From the IMG/VR virus record IMGVR_UViG_3300020727_000702: a stretch of 64,000 bases of DNA. One strand, given 5' to 3'. Of the stretch, positions 36,878 to 46,816 are shown in pieces. The stretch's first letter is position 1; each line of letters begins with the position of its first letter. The DNA comes from an uncultured virus (IMG/VR IMGVR_UViG_3300020727_000702) (Duplodnaviria > Heunggongvirae > Uroviricota > Caudoviricetes). The notes under the pieces are model-generated. The model searched no databases. It saw nothing but the letters and a program-made list of their open reading frames with translations, and had not been told where the DNA came from. Made by a program: the position numbers and the translations under genes.

Positions 36878-37489
36878 ATGAAATCAAAATATAGAAACAG
36901 AAAAAAATTAATCCTAACTGATGCTGACGGCTGTTTGCTGGATTGGGAGTGGGCTTTTAATGTATGGATGCAAGAACATGGTTTTGAAGAAGTTGCTGGG
37001 TCCAAATTAAACTATGACATGGCTATACGCTATGGTATTCCTAGAGAACAAGTAGTAAAGCTGATACGCATTTTTAATGAATCTGCGGCTATTGGATTTC
37101 TTCCTGCCCAGCGCGATGCTATGTACTATGTCAAACGGTTAGTCGAAGAACACGGATATAAATTCCATTGTATTACTTCGTTAAGTCTAGATCCTAATGC
37201 GCAAAGACTTCGTGAGATGAATCTAAGTAAGTTGTTCGGTGAACATACATTTGAACGTATCGTATGTTTAGATACCGGAGCGCACAAAGATGACGCACTA
37301 GAAGAATATGAAGGCACTGGCCTCGTTTGGATTGAGGACAAGCCAGAGAATGCTGAGGCCGGATATAAGTACGGATTAAATTCCCTACTTATAGAACATG
37401 GTCATAATTTTGAATATGCCCATCCGCATATTAAATTAGTTAAAAATTGGAAACATATTTATAGTATAATTACAGGAGAACAGGGTTAA
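36878..37489 (+). CDS. HAD-family 5'(3')-deoxyribonucleotidase-like protein (T4 30.2-like)
   Basis: ILTDADGCLLDW, ITS and WIEDKPEN motifs. Confidence 0.8.
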   Translation: MKSKYRNRKKLILTDADGCLLDWEWAFNVWMQEHGFEEVAGSKLNYDMAIRYGIPREQVVKLIRIFNESAAIGFLPAQRDAMYYVKRLVEEHGYKFHCITSLSLDPNAQRLREMNLSKLFGEHTFERIVCLDTGAHKDDALEEYEGTGLVWIEDKPENAEAGYKYGLNSLLIEHGHNFEYAHPHIKLVKNWKHIYSIITGEQG

Positions 37490-38099
37490 GTTTGCAATTA
37501 TCATTGTGCCATCGTACTAAGTGACTTGGTTGAAACATTCCGTTACAATGAATACACTTAAATCGTTCTCTGTTTTTTGCTTTATTGCTAAGTACAGCCC
37601 GATATTCTACCGATGATCTTGACTCTGCTTGTTTCTTAATATAATCTGGATCATTCCATAGAGCTTTTACGGAATTAGTAATATTATTAATTATCACTTT
37701 TCCAGCAGGAGTAGTATATCGAGTTTGCCTTTCAATTTTCATAGTGTTGTATTGATCTGTATCCTGCCAACGGGCTATAGCACTTTTATGTTGAAGATAA
37801 CTTGATTGCTCAGTTGAATTATAACTTCTGCCAGTTCCACCTGATCGTAAATTATAACAGAGCGGATTGGATAAGTTTTCGTTAATAACTTTAATTTCCT
37901 GTTGATAGGCCTCACCCTCATTGTCAAACTCAAACAGAGTTTCACGAACAAAGTTGTCTTTTCCGTATTTTTTGATTGCTTTTGCTAATAACGATCCAGA
38001 CCCGTAATATCCGTCAAATGATTCTTTAGATTGATTATGTTTGCCAATGTAAAATTTTCCATTGACTAAATTTGTAGTTTTGTATATAATAAATATCAT
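37470..38099 (-). mobile_element. Free-standing GIY-YIG (Seg-like) homing endonuclease gene
   Basis: IIYKTTNLVNGKFYIGKH..YYGSG..AIKKYGKDNF..E..YN; C-terminal CIHC..RWHNDNC zinc finger. Confidence 0.85.
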
Positions 38100-38168
38100 T
38101 GCTGATTGCTCCTTTAAAGCGTTAGAGTCCCTGGGTGTTTCAGCACCGCGAGGGACATCTTTATTTAG
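38100..38168 (-). ncRNA. Structured 5' leader, copy 1 (with late promoter)
   Basis: CTAAATA..GTCCCT-CGC-GGTG-CTGAAA-CACC-C-AGGGAC..GCTTTAAAGGAGCAATCAGCA-ATG; covaries with the copy at 54563-54630. Confidence 0.75.
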
Positions 38169-38171
38169 TGC

Positions 38172-38903
38172 TTAATCGTACATCTTTAAGATATGCGTTA
38201 TCATATGATGACGCTGAATATCCTTAGATTCAAACTCGCATAGACTAATGCCCTTTACACCCCCTTTCTTAAGTCTGGTTAGGATGTCGGCTAAGCCGTT
38301 TTTTGCGCCGGTTCGATCGGTCTGTTCGGTGTCCCCTGTCACTACTATCTTACTGCCTTCGCCAATGCGTGTTAGAAGCATGACCATTTGAGCAGGGGTC
38401 ATATTTTGAGCCTCGTCAGCGATGATAAATGCTTTTTTTAGTGATCTGCCTCTCATAAACGACAACGGAGCAATTTCAATTTTCTGATCTTCGATCATCG
38501 CTGCAATGTCTTGCGGACGATAATACTCTCTCAGTATGTCTGTAATTGGTTTAATCCACGGGTCCATTTTTTGATTTAAGTCACCCGGTAAAAATCCGTG
38601 ATTTTCGTTTTCAACAGAAACTGCTGGTCTAGTTAGTACTATGCGATCTACTTCTCCTTCTCTAAAGGCTTTTATTGCCGCCAGGACGGCAAGATATGTC
38701 TTGCCTGTGCCTGCCGGACCCGCTGTTACGACAATATACTGACTATCGTCTTGTAAAGCCAATACTAACTTTTCCTGATTTCTAGTTCTGGGAACTATGT
38801 CAATCGGGCGTTGTTTTACTGGTTTAACTTGGTCGAAGCGTATTGTGTTTTCTGGTTGTGCCATTTGGCGTTTTTGTGATTTTACTGCTCTGTGTCTACT
38901 CAA
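38172..38903 (-). CDS. phoH: PhoH-like ATPase
   Basis: GPAGTGKT, LTRPAV, GFLPG, MRGRS, DEAQN, LTRIG and GDxxQ motifs; TTG start after GGAG inferred. Confidence 0.92.
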   Translation of the reverse strand: MSRHRAVKSQKRQMAQPENTIRFDQVKPVKQRPIDIVPRTRNQEKLVLALQDDSQYIVVTAGPAGTGKTYLAVLAAIKAFREGEVDRIVLTRPAVSVENENHGFLPGDLNQKMDPWIKPITDILREYYRPQDIAAMIEDQKIEIAPLSFMRGRSLKKAFIIADEAQNMTPAQMVMLLTRIGEGSKIVVTGDTEQTDRTGAKNGLADILTRLKKGGVKGISLCEFESKDIQRHHMITHILKMYD

Positions 38904-39081
38904 TTTATACTCCATTGTAGTTGAGTTACTTCCGACAGCACCTTGCTGTCCAAAGTATTTACGACCCATGATTTTTATATTCTATGGGTGTTAATAAGTG
39001 TAATAGATAGCATAAGTACATACCCAGGCCCCAAAAATTCAAAATAACCCTAACCTTTCCATTTAACTAAATAATAGTACC

Positions 39082-39672
39082 ATGGCAAACAAACCTTTCG
39101 ACTCGGACATATTTAAAGACCATCAAGATTATTGGCAGGTCGCTAAGAATATTAAAGATATCTACATGTCTGAAGGATCTTTATTAACTTTGCTGGATTT
39201 TGAGCGGGTTTTAGATTCGCTTGATTTATATGCTTTTAAGAACTGGGATATTGGCGAGCTAGTTCAAGGCCCAACAATTACTAGATATAATGTGTCCTGT
39301 ATATTTTTGTGGCCTGAGAATTTAATGCCCGATCCACGTGGCGCACGTAGATTACTTCCATTTGATTGCGAAGTAAAGTTTAAAAAAACTAACATGAAGA
39401 TTCCTATTAAAATTGAGGATCCTACCGACTATCGCCCAGGTACTAAGATTGCTAGAATTACCGAAAAGAAAATATGGCTAGTTGAAATTACTATGCCCAA
39501 GAGTTTAATGAGTGATATACGCACTGGCAGTATTGAAATGGAAGAACAAGAAATTGATTTGGCAGCTTTAGATAAAGCCTATACTCAAAATTTTGGAAAA
39601 GACCAACAACCTGATGAAACAGAAAATGAACAACAACCAGCACAACCACCAGCCCAACCACCAGCCCAATAA
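39082..39672 (+). CDS. Conserved phage hypothetical protein
   Basis: LLDFERVLD..LYAFKNW..GELVQGP..MPDPRG; CTAAATA upstream. Confidence 0.7.
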   Translation: MANKPFDSDIFKDHQDYWQVAKNIKDIYMSEGSLLTLLDFERVLDSLDLYAFKNWDIGELVQGPTITRYNVSCIFLWPENLMPDPRGARRLLPFDCEVKFKKTNMKIPIKIEDPTDYRPGTKIARITEKKIWLVEITMPKSLMSDIRTGSIEMEEQEIDLAALDKAYTQNFGKDQQPDETENEQQPAQPPAQPPAQ

Positions 39673-40216
39673 CCCCAACTCTAATTTTATATTTGAAACT
39701 TTAACATATAAAGATATGGAAGGGTTGTTAAAACCTACAATTCATGTTGACGAGTTTACTTCCAAGATGGGCGAAGATGACGACATTATTGTTGTGTCAT
39801 TTTTTGTTCGTGACGAAAAAGCCGCCAAAGACCTAATGAATTGGTTTGAAAAAGGCTATGATTTTGTTATTGACGCTGACCGTTCGCCAGGTGAAATTAA
39901 ACCTAATCGTTACTTAGTATACGTTGAAATTCGTCGACGCAGTACAGCAGGAGCACATGTACAACAATTATTAGATGATCTGGCAACGCTTACAGAATTT
40001 GAAGCAAAAGATTGGTCTATGATATATGGTGGCAAAGAAACGCCATTTAGTCAAGAAGAATTTGAGCGCATAGTTCCACTATCGCCAAAAGAATACCGTA
40101 AAGAACACGATGAAGATTTAAATGAAGTGCGTGTTGCTGCCGGGTTACCTCCTCGAACATTTTACGAGCAGGATGAGGACATTAAGGCTCTTCAAAGCGC
40201 CGCAGGAATATTATAA
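39626..40216 (+). CDS. Conserved phage hypothetical protein
   Basis: IHVDEFTSKMGEDDDIIVVSF..FEKGYDFVIDAD; start uncertain. Confidence 0.65.
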   Translation: MNNNQHNHQPNHQPNNPNSNFIFETLTYKDMEGLLKPTIHVDEFTSKMGEDDDIIVVSFFVRDEKAAKDLMNWFEKGYDFVIDADRSPGEIKPNRYLVYVEIRRRSTAGAHVQQLLDDLATLTEFEAKDWSMIYGGKETPFSQEEFERIVPLSPKEYRKEHDEDLNEVRVAAGLPPRTFYEQDEDIKALQSAAGIL

Positions 40217-40325
40217 TATGAAAATTGGTGAAATTTTAAGAACTATAGCAGATGCTATGGAACAAGCATAAAACAGTACAAAAATGTAATAATGCTTAAC
40301 TAAATAGTAGATAATACTATCTACT

Positions 40326-40940
40326 ATGCCGATTACAGAACAACAATTACAGCAGTTTTTACCCAATAATTCCTATATTGCAGAGTGGTGTAACACTTTG
40401 AATACGTATTTTCCAACATATGAAATTGATAATACTTACAGAATAGCACAATTTTTAGCTCAAACTTATGTTGAATCAGAAGCATATACAGCACTAATAG
40501 AAAATTTGAATTATAGTGCTCAAAGTTTGATGCGGGAATGGCCCAATTATTTTCCTACTATTCAAATAGCCAATGAATATGCACATCATCCAGAACAGAT
40601 TGCTAATCGTGCCTACGCTAATAGACTAGGAAATGGCGATGAAGCATCTGGAGATGGATGGCGTTATATAGGACGTGGGTTAATTCAAATTACTGGTAAA
40701 TACAATTATAATTTATTTGCGCAAAACACTGATATGGATATTACACAAGTGCCAGCGTACTTACTTACATTTGATGGGGCAGTAGAAGTAGCATGTTGGG
40801 TTTGGTCGACAAACAACTTAAATCAATATTCAGATACTCAAAATACTAAGGAAGTAACTTATCTTATTAATGGTGGGTATACAGATTTACAACAACGCGA
40901 AGCTGCTTACAGCAACGCATTAACTATATTGGAGCAGTAA
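40326..40940 (+). CDS. Glycoside hydrolase family 19 endolysin
   Basis: FLAQTYVES, ENLNYS, YANRLGNG..GDGWRYIGRGLIQITGKYNY and INGG motifs. Confidence 0.9.
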   Translation: MPITEQQLQQFLPNNSYIAEWCNTLNTYFPTYEIDNTYRIAQFLAQTYVESEAYTALIENLNYSAQSLMREWPNYFPTIQIANEYAHHPEQIANRAYANRLGNGDEASGDGWRYIGRGLIQITGKYNYNLFAQNTDMDITQVPAYLLTFDGAVEVACWVWSTNNLNQYSDTQNTKEVTYLINGGYTDLQQREAAYSNALTILEQ

Positions 40941-41411
40941 ATGTTTACATTTTACGTTAATCATGTCTTAGCATATATTCCTACTTGGATGTGGCCAATT
41001 TTGGCAGGGGGTGGAGTAGCGGCTTTTTTCTTGGCAGGAGTTGGAAGTTATGTTCCAGCATTATCTCCGTATGCTAACTTCATTAAACCTATTAGTTTTA
41101 TAACAATTTGTGTTAGTTTTTTCATGTGGGGCGGGGCTGGAGTACAGGATGTGTATCAAGCAGAAGTTAATGAGCAAAAAGCTAAAGCCGACGCAGCCGA
41201 ACAAGCCAGTAAAGATACTAATAACCAACTTCAAAAAACATTGGTATCACAAAATCAAATCATTTTGCAAAAAACTAAAACACTAAATGACATCATAGCA
41301 AGCGAAGGCAATAGAATTAATAAAAACTGCACTATAGACAGCGCCACAGTTAATTTATATAATAACATTGTAACAAATAGTATAACCACACCCGCAGGAG
41401 TAAAAAAATAA
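40941..41411 (+). CDS. Putative inner-membrane spanin
   Basis: N-terminal TM helices plus coiled coil; follows the endolysin. Confidence 0.6.
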   Translation: MFTFYVNHVLAYIPTWMWPILAGGGVAAFFLAGVGSYVPALSPYANFIKPISFITICVSFFMWGGAGVQDVYQAEVNEQKAKADAAEQASKDTNNQLQKTLVSQNQIILQKTKTLNDIIASEGNRINKNCTIDSATVNLYNNIVTNSITTPAGVKK

Positions 41412-41680
41412 TGAAAAAATTTTTATTGAGTTTTTTATTAGTTTTGTCAGGTTGTGCTACTCATGTAGCGGCTCCAGGAGAAAATTGGCCAGCGGCGCCT
41501 GATACTTTATTAGATCCAGTTCCAAATTTAACTGTATTGCCAGAGGGTGATTCAAAACTTACCGATCTACTCTCTAATGTTAATCAAAATTATTCCGCAT
41601 ATTATTTGTTAAAAAATAAATTTGAATTATGGCAGCAATGGTACAACCAACAAAAACAAATTTATAAACAATCACAATAA
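41411..41680 (+). CDS. Putative outer-membrane spanin lipoprotein
   Basis: Lipobox LSGC; Pro-rich; ends WQQWYNQQKQIY. Confidence 0.65.
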   Translation: MKKFLLSFLLVLSGCATHVAAPGENWPAAPDTLLDPVPNLTVLPEGDSKLTDLLSNVNQNYSAYYLLKNKFELWQQWYNQQKQIYKQSQ

Positions 41681-42099
41681 TGAAAAAAATATTTTATATA
41701 ATTTTACTATTGAATTGCTTGGTTGGATGTGCTGTGTATGATAATTATTTCAAAGCTGGTTATGATAATCAAGAATATGAACATATTGTTGAAATAAGAC
41801 TGTTGGCCAGACAAGGAGTTCAGATGTGTGGAAATCCCTATAAAGTAACAAAAAGTAAAACAGCGGAGATTATAAGCCAGATGCTTGATAAAGCTGAATT
41901 ATTTGAAATTTATGAAGAACATAGGCCAAAAAATGATTCAGAATATGATGCCGCTGTTAAACTACGCGAAATTATAGAAAGTTTTAATAACCGATATCAA
42001 AAAGGATCAGTATCCTATTTTTATTGTAAAACTAAATTTGAAAGCATAGATTCTAGCGCAGGAGTTATACAATCAGTTATAGGAAATAGACCCAAATGA
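41680..42099 (+). CDS. Lipoprotein
   Basis: Lipobox LVGC. Confidence 0.6.
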   Translation: MKKIFYIILLLNCLVGCAVYDNYFKAGYDNQEYEHIVEIRLLARQGVQMCGNPYKVTKSKTAEIISQMLDKAELFEIYEEHRPKNDSEYDAAVKLREIIESFNNRYQKGSVSYFYCKTKFESIDSSAGVIQSVIGNRPK

Positions 42100-42362
42100 C
42101 AATGGATGAAATTAAGCATACTTTGAATGCTTTACACACTTGCGGAGATCCAACATTTGAAAGAGCCGCAGAATATATACAACAACTCATACAGCGAATT
42201 CAAAGCTCTCAATTAAGTCAACAAGATGCCGCAGAATTATTGTTAGACGTTCAAAGACAGTTACAAATAGTACAAGATTCTCAAGAATTACACCATAAAG
42301 AATCATTGAATACTGCCATCACTAGTTTACTATCTATACTGACATTAGGCAGCAACACATAG
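42096..42362 (+). CDS. Hypothetical protein
   Basis: ATGA-coupled ORF. Confidence 0.55.
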   Translation: MTMDEIKHTLNALHTCGDPTFERAAEYIQQLIQRIQSSQLSQQDAAELLLDVQRQLQIVQDSQELHHKESLNTAITSLLSILTLGSNT

Positions 42363-42389
42363 TTATAAATACAAGTTACAAAGGATTTT

Positions 42390-42956
42390 ATGGAAAAAGC
42401 ACAGCACCATAGAAAAAATCGTGATGAAAATGATTACGTAGATGCGTCAGACGCTTGGATTTATACCAAATGGCGTCCAATGATGGCTTGGATGTATTTG
42501 GTAGTTTGTTTATTTGATTTCGTGCTTTTTCCAATTGGCTGGAGTTTTTTACAAGCTCTAGAACACGGGCAAATAGCCTCTCAATGGCAGCCATTAACAT
42601 TGCAAGGAGGCGGATTATTTCATATTGCCATGGGATTAATATTAGGTGTAAGTGCTTATGGCAGAACTAAAGAAAAAATAGCTGGTGTAGCATCTCCGGG
42701 GTATTTAAATGATTTCTTTGGTGCTAACGCTGGCACCACTTATATTCCGCCAGGACAAGGGCAGGCTAATGTAAACAACACTAACCAGCCACCATATAAT
42801 AATAGATTTTATCATTCAGACAATCGCTATGATCCAGACGAAAATGGTAATTATGTAGCTCCGCCATTATTTGGTACAGCACCCAATAACACAACAAATA
42901 GTAAACCTGATTCAACTCCAGCTGGACCACCGATCCCCCCGTTCCCAGAAAAATAA
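42390..42956 (+). CDS. Holin (GTA 3TM-type)
   Basis: KWRPMMAWMY..FDFVLFP..LFHIAMGLILGVSAYGRTKEK. Confidence 0.7.
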   Translation: MEKAQHHRKNRDENDYVDASDAWIYTKWRPMMAWMYLVVCLFDFVLFPIGWSFLQALEHGQIASQWQPLTLQGGGLFHIAMGLILGVSAYGRTKEKIAGVASPGYLNDFFGANAGTTYIPPGQGQANVNNTNQPPYNNRFYHSDNRYDPDENGNYVAPPLFGTAPNNTTNSKPDSTPAGPPIPPFPEK

Positions 42957-42989
42957 TTGCAGTGACTTTAAAAATACATAATTAGTAAT

Positions 42990-43769
42990 ATGTCAGATCA
43001 TTATCAAACACTAAATGTTCCCCGCGGAGCAACGCAAGAAGAAATTAAAAAGGCTTATCGCAAATTAGCCGGGCAATATCATCCAGATAAAGGTGGTGAT
43101 AAAGTAAAGTTTCAGGAAATTCAAGCCGCATACTCTGTATTAGGTGATGATCAAAAAAGAGCACAATACGATAATCCTGGACAAAATATTCATTTTGAAT
43201 TTGGCAGTCCCGGAGGTTTTGATTTTAGTTCCATTTTTAGTATGTTTGGACAGCAAGTTCATCAACAATCACATCGTCAAAGTCATACACGCATGAGTTT
43301 GTGGGTAACACTACAAGATGTCGCACAAGGCGGAAAACGCCCAGTTACTGTTGGTACTAGCCACGGTACTATGAATATTGAAATTGAAATTCCTTTGGGC
43401 ATTGAAGATGGGGATAATGTTCAGTATCCAAAATTGGGGCCCGGCGGTACAGATTTAATTGTTAATTTCCGCATACATCCTAATCCTAAATGGGCACGAG
43501 CTGGGTTACATTTAACCACTGAACATTCTATTAGTATTTGGGACTGTATGGTTGGTGGCACAACAGAAATACGTGATATATTAGGCAACCAAATTAATCT
43601 TACCATTCCTGCACTTACACAGCCTGGCAGTTTATTGCGTTTAAAGGGCAGAGGGTTATCATCGCGTCAAGGAATCACAGGTGATTTATTGGTTAGAATT
43701 CAAGCCAAAATGCCATCAAATATTAGCACAGAATTATCCGAACTTATTAAACAAGAACAAAAAAAATAG
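42990..43769 (+). CDS. dnaJ: DnaJ/CbpA-like co-chaperone
   Basis: J-domain IKKAYRKLAGQYHPDKGG; C-terminal LRLKGRGL..GDLLV; no zinc finger. Confidence 0.88.
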   Translation: MSDHYQTLNVPRGATQEEIKKAYRKLAGQYHPDKGGDKVKFQEIQAAYSVLGDDQKRAQYDNPGQNIHFEFGSPGGFDFSSIFSMFGQQVHQQSHRQSHTRMSLWVTLQDVAQGGKRPVTVGTSHGTMNIEIEIPLGIEDGDNVQYPKLGPGGTDLIVNFRIHPNPKWARAGLHLTTEHSISIWDCMVGGTTEIRDILGNQINLTIPALTQPGSLLRLKGRGLSSRQGITGDLLVRIQAKMPSNISTELSELIKQEQKK

Positions 43770-43832
43770 CCATAACAGTTGTGTTTGCGACAAAATTGCT
43801 ATATACTATTACAGTACCAAGCAAAGGAAAAC

Positions 43833-46112
43833 ATGCAGAATAATAAAGAAATTGAACAAATTGTTGCGCAGGCTGTCAAAATAGCTAAAGATCTTCAACA
43901 CGAATACGTGTTAACCGAACATGTTTTATTGGCGCTAATACGTCATGCTCCATTTCAGACTGTGATGGAAAATTTTGGTATCAATGTCAATATGTTAGAC
44001 ATGGAACTTGATGCTTATTTGCAAAGTTTAACAAATTTAGTCACTGACAAAAAAGATCACCAGCCTAGAAAAACAAATGCGTTGGAACGCTGTTTTAATC
44101 GAGCAATGACACAAGTTCTTTTTACTGGTCGTCGCTCTATGACTACTGGAGATTTATATCTTGCTATTATGGCCGAAACCAATAGCCATGCTCAATATTT
44201 CCTTTTAAAATATGGTGTTAAAAAAGTTGAGTTTTATGATTATTGGCAACAAAATTATAAACATGATGACATTAAACTTACAGGCACACAAGCGGATGAA
44301 ATATTAAATGAATACTGTGTAAATTTGACTCGTTTGGCAACAGAAGATAGACTAGAGCCAATGATTGGACGCAGTGAAGAATTAGATCAAATGATTACAG
44401 CACTGGCAAGGCGTTTTAAAGCCAATGTATTAATGGTAGGCGATCCTGGCGTGGGCAAAACTGCTATTGTAGAAGGACTTGCTCAAGAAATTATTGCTAA
44501 TCGTGTTCCTAAATTCCTTATTGGACACGAAGTATGGTCGTTAGAAATTGGATCATTGCTTGCTGGCAGCAAATACCGCGGTGAATTTGAAGAAAAATTT
44601 AAACAAGTTATTGGTGCGCTTGAAGCTAAGAAAAATTGTATTTTGTTTATTGACGAAGCACATACAATGAAAGGTGCTGGTGCTAGTTCACAAAGTACTT
44701 TAGACTTTGCCAATATGTTGAAGCCAAGCATTACTAAAGGCACACTCAAAGTTGTAGCGTCAACAACATGGGAAGAATATTACGAATCATTTGAAAAAGA
44801 TCGTGCTTTAATGCGTCGTTTCCATCGTGTGGCTATTGATGAGCCAAGTCCAGAAGTTACGGAACAAATTCTTATTGGATTAAGCCCACGTTTAGAATTA
44901 TTTCACAATGTTATGATTGAAACAGAAGCCATTAAAACTGCTGTGGATTTAAGCGGCCGTTATATACATGACCGTAAGAATCCGGATAAGTCAATTGACT
45001 TATTAGATGGTGCTTGTGCTCGTGAACGTGTTAAAGATGCAGGCAATGTGCCTATTACTAAAGATTTAATTATGGCTCAGTTAAGTCGTGTAACTGAAGT
45101 GCCAATAGATAGACTACAAAACGAACGTTCTGCCAGCATAGTAGAGTTAGAAAGCAATATTAAAGAAAAACTATATGGGCAAGACGAAGCAGTAGATTCA
45201 GTACTTGAACGTGTCTACATTAACTTTTCAGGCATTGGCAACGATTCTCGCCCCATTGCTTCATTTTTGTTCTTGGGTCCAACAGGTACTGGTAAAACGG
45301 AACTTGCTAAATTGCTGGCCAAGAATTTAGATATGCAATTATTAAAGTATGACATGAGTGAATATCAAGAAAAACATACTGTTAGCTCATTAATTGGTGC
45401 TCCGCCTGGTTATGTAGGATTTGAAGATGGCAATGTCGGAGGTGGAAAACTTATTTCGGACATTTCAAAGAATCCATATTCAATTATTTTGTTTGACGAA
45501 ATTGAAAAAGCACATCCAGATGTTATCAACATTATGTTACAAATGCTTGATGAAGCTCGCATTACATCAGCCAATGGAAAAACAGTTAATCTCAAAAATA
45601 CCATTATCATTATGACATCAAATTTAGGATCTCGTGATAATGAAAATAATAATATTGGGTTTGGGCAAGACTTAGAAAAAACTGGATCAGAAGAAAAAGC
45701 AATGAAAAACTTCTTCAAGCCTGAACTACGCAATCGTATTGACCAAATATGTAAATTCAAAAAACTTGATACATTGGCCATTAAGAAAGTTGTACTTAAA
45801 TTTGTTGAGCAATTACAAACAAGTTTAACTACAAAAAATATCAAACTTAATTTATCCGAATCAGTTATTGACATGTTAGCTGAAAAAGGATATGACAGTA
45901 AAATGGGGGCTCGTCCTTTGAATCGCAAAATTGATGAACTTATTCGTGTACCATTAAGTAAGAAAATTTTATTCGAACGGTTAACTGACTGTGTAATTAA
46001 TGCTATAATGGTAGATGATAAAATTGATTTTACAATTATACCAACAACTACATTTCCAGCTTTAGATAGTTCCGGAATAATTGTGCTGAATAATGAATCC
46101 CCTAACATTTAA
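43833..46112 (+). CDS. clpA: ClpA-like AAA+ chaperone
   Basis: Clp N-domain (EHVLLAL); two NBDs (GDPGVGKT/IDEAH and GPTGTGKT/DEIEKAH); IGF loop; MGARP. Confidence 0.9.
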   Translation: MQNNKEIEQIVAQAVKIAKDLQHEYVLTEHVLLALIRHAPFQTVMENFGINVNMLDMELDAYLQSLTNLVTDKKDHQPRKTNALERCFNRAMTQVLFTGRRSMTTGDLYLAIMAETNSHAQYFLLKYGVKKVEFYDYWQQNYKHDDIKLTGTQADEILNEYCVNLTRLATEDRLEPMIGRSEELDQMITALARRFKANVLMVGDPGVGKTAIVEGLAQEIIANRVPKFLIGHEVWSLEIGSLLAGSKYRGEFEEKFKQVIGALEAKKNCILFIDEAHTMKGAGASSQSTLDFANMLKPSITKGTLKVVASTTWEEYYESFEKDRALMRRFHRVAIDEPSPEVTEQILIGLSPRLELFHNVMIETEAIKTAVDLSGRYIHDRKNPDKSIDLLDGACARERVKDAGNVPITKDLIMAQLSRVTEVPIDRLQNERSASIVELESNIKEKLYGQDEAVDSVLERVYINFSGIGNDSRPIASFLFLGPTGTGKTELAKLLAKNLDMQLLKYDMSEYQEKHTVSSLIGAPPGYVGFEDGNVGGGKLISDISKNPYSIILFDEIEKAHPDVINIMLQMLDEARITSANGKTVNLKNTIIIMTSNLGSRDNENNNIGFGQDLEKTGSEEKAMKNFFKPELRNRIDQICKFKKLDTLAIKKVVLKFVEQLQTSLTTKNIKLNLSESVIDMLAEKGYDSKMGARPLNRKIDELIRVPLSKKILFERLTDCVINAIMVDDKIDFTIIPTTTFPALDSSGIIVLNNESPNI

Positions 46113-46806
46113 TCCTGTTCCTAAAGACAAATATTTTTACGACAAATATCGATATTGTATAGCGTTTGCTTTAGATGAAGTAAGTGCTATGAAAACACTC
46201 GACCATCAATATATTGATGCTGTTATTGAACGTAGAAAAGTTTGGCGCGAAGTCGCACAACAACGCTGGGTCAATGGGAAAAAAGGTGGTATTACTAGAT
46301 CAATGCCTTCCATAGCAGGATATCGTTGGAAGGAAATTACAGATAAAACTGTAGAAAATTTACACGAATTAGCCGACATATTAATGAAAACTTCTATAGA
46401 TTTTAAATTAGTTACATCAGTTAATCAAGGTTGGGTGTATACAAATAGTGTTACATTAATTAAACGATTAACTTCCGTAAGTTTTCTTAAAGATATAGAG
46501 TATACCGAGTCAATAATTGTACGTCCTAGAAATACTATTAAGTTAACAAATCCTACGCACACTCATCGTAGTTATTTTAAAGGTACAAAATTAACCGCCC
46601 AAGATAAAACAAATCTCAATAACTTTTTTATCAATCAAACAGAATATATACGAATTAGCCCTGCTTTGAGCAAATGGTTAGAAAATCCCTATACCCGTAC
46701 TCAAGATTATTTCTTTATAGATCATACAGGTGAAAGCTGGTTAATAATGTTATCTTTAGTTAGAGCAGGATTAGTGAGGAAAACTGCTGAAATTATACCA
46801 GCATAA
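46093..46806 (+). CDS. Hypothetical protein
   Basis: 237-aa ORF. Confidence 0.65.
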   Translation: MNPLTFNPVPKDKYFYDKYRYCIAFALDEVSAMKTLDHQYIDAVIERRKVWREVAQQRWVNGKKGGITRSMPSIAGYRWKEITDKTVENLHELADILMKTSIDFKLVTSVNQGWVYTNSVTLIKRLTSVSFLKDIEYTESIIVRPRNTIKLTNPTHTHRSYFKGTKLTAQDKTNLNNFFINQTEYIRISPALSKWLENPYTRTQDYFFIDHTGESWLIMLSLVRAGLVRKTAEIIPA

Positions 46807-46816
46807 ATACTTGACT

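Noticed and set aside
45410..46108. 232-aa minus-strand ORF and other antisense or nested ORFs in the track
   Set aside because: They lie opposite or inside well-supported genes such as clpA and polB; their composition is typical of shadow frames
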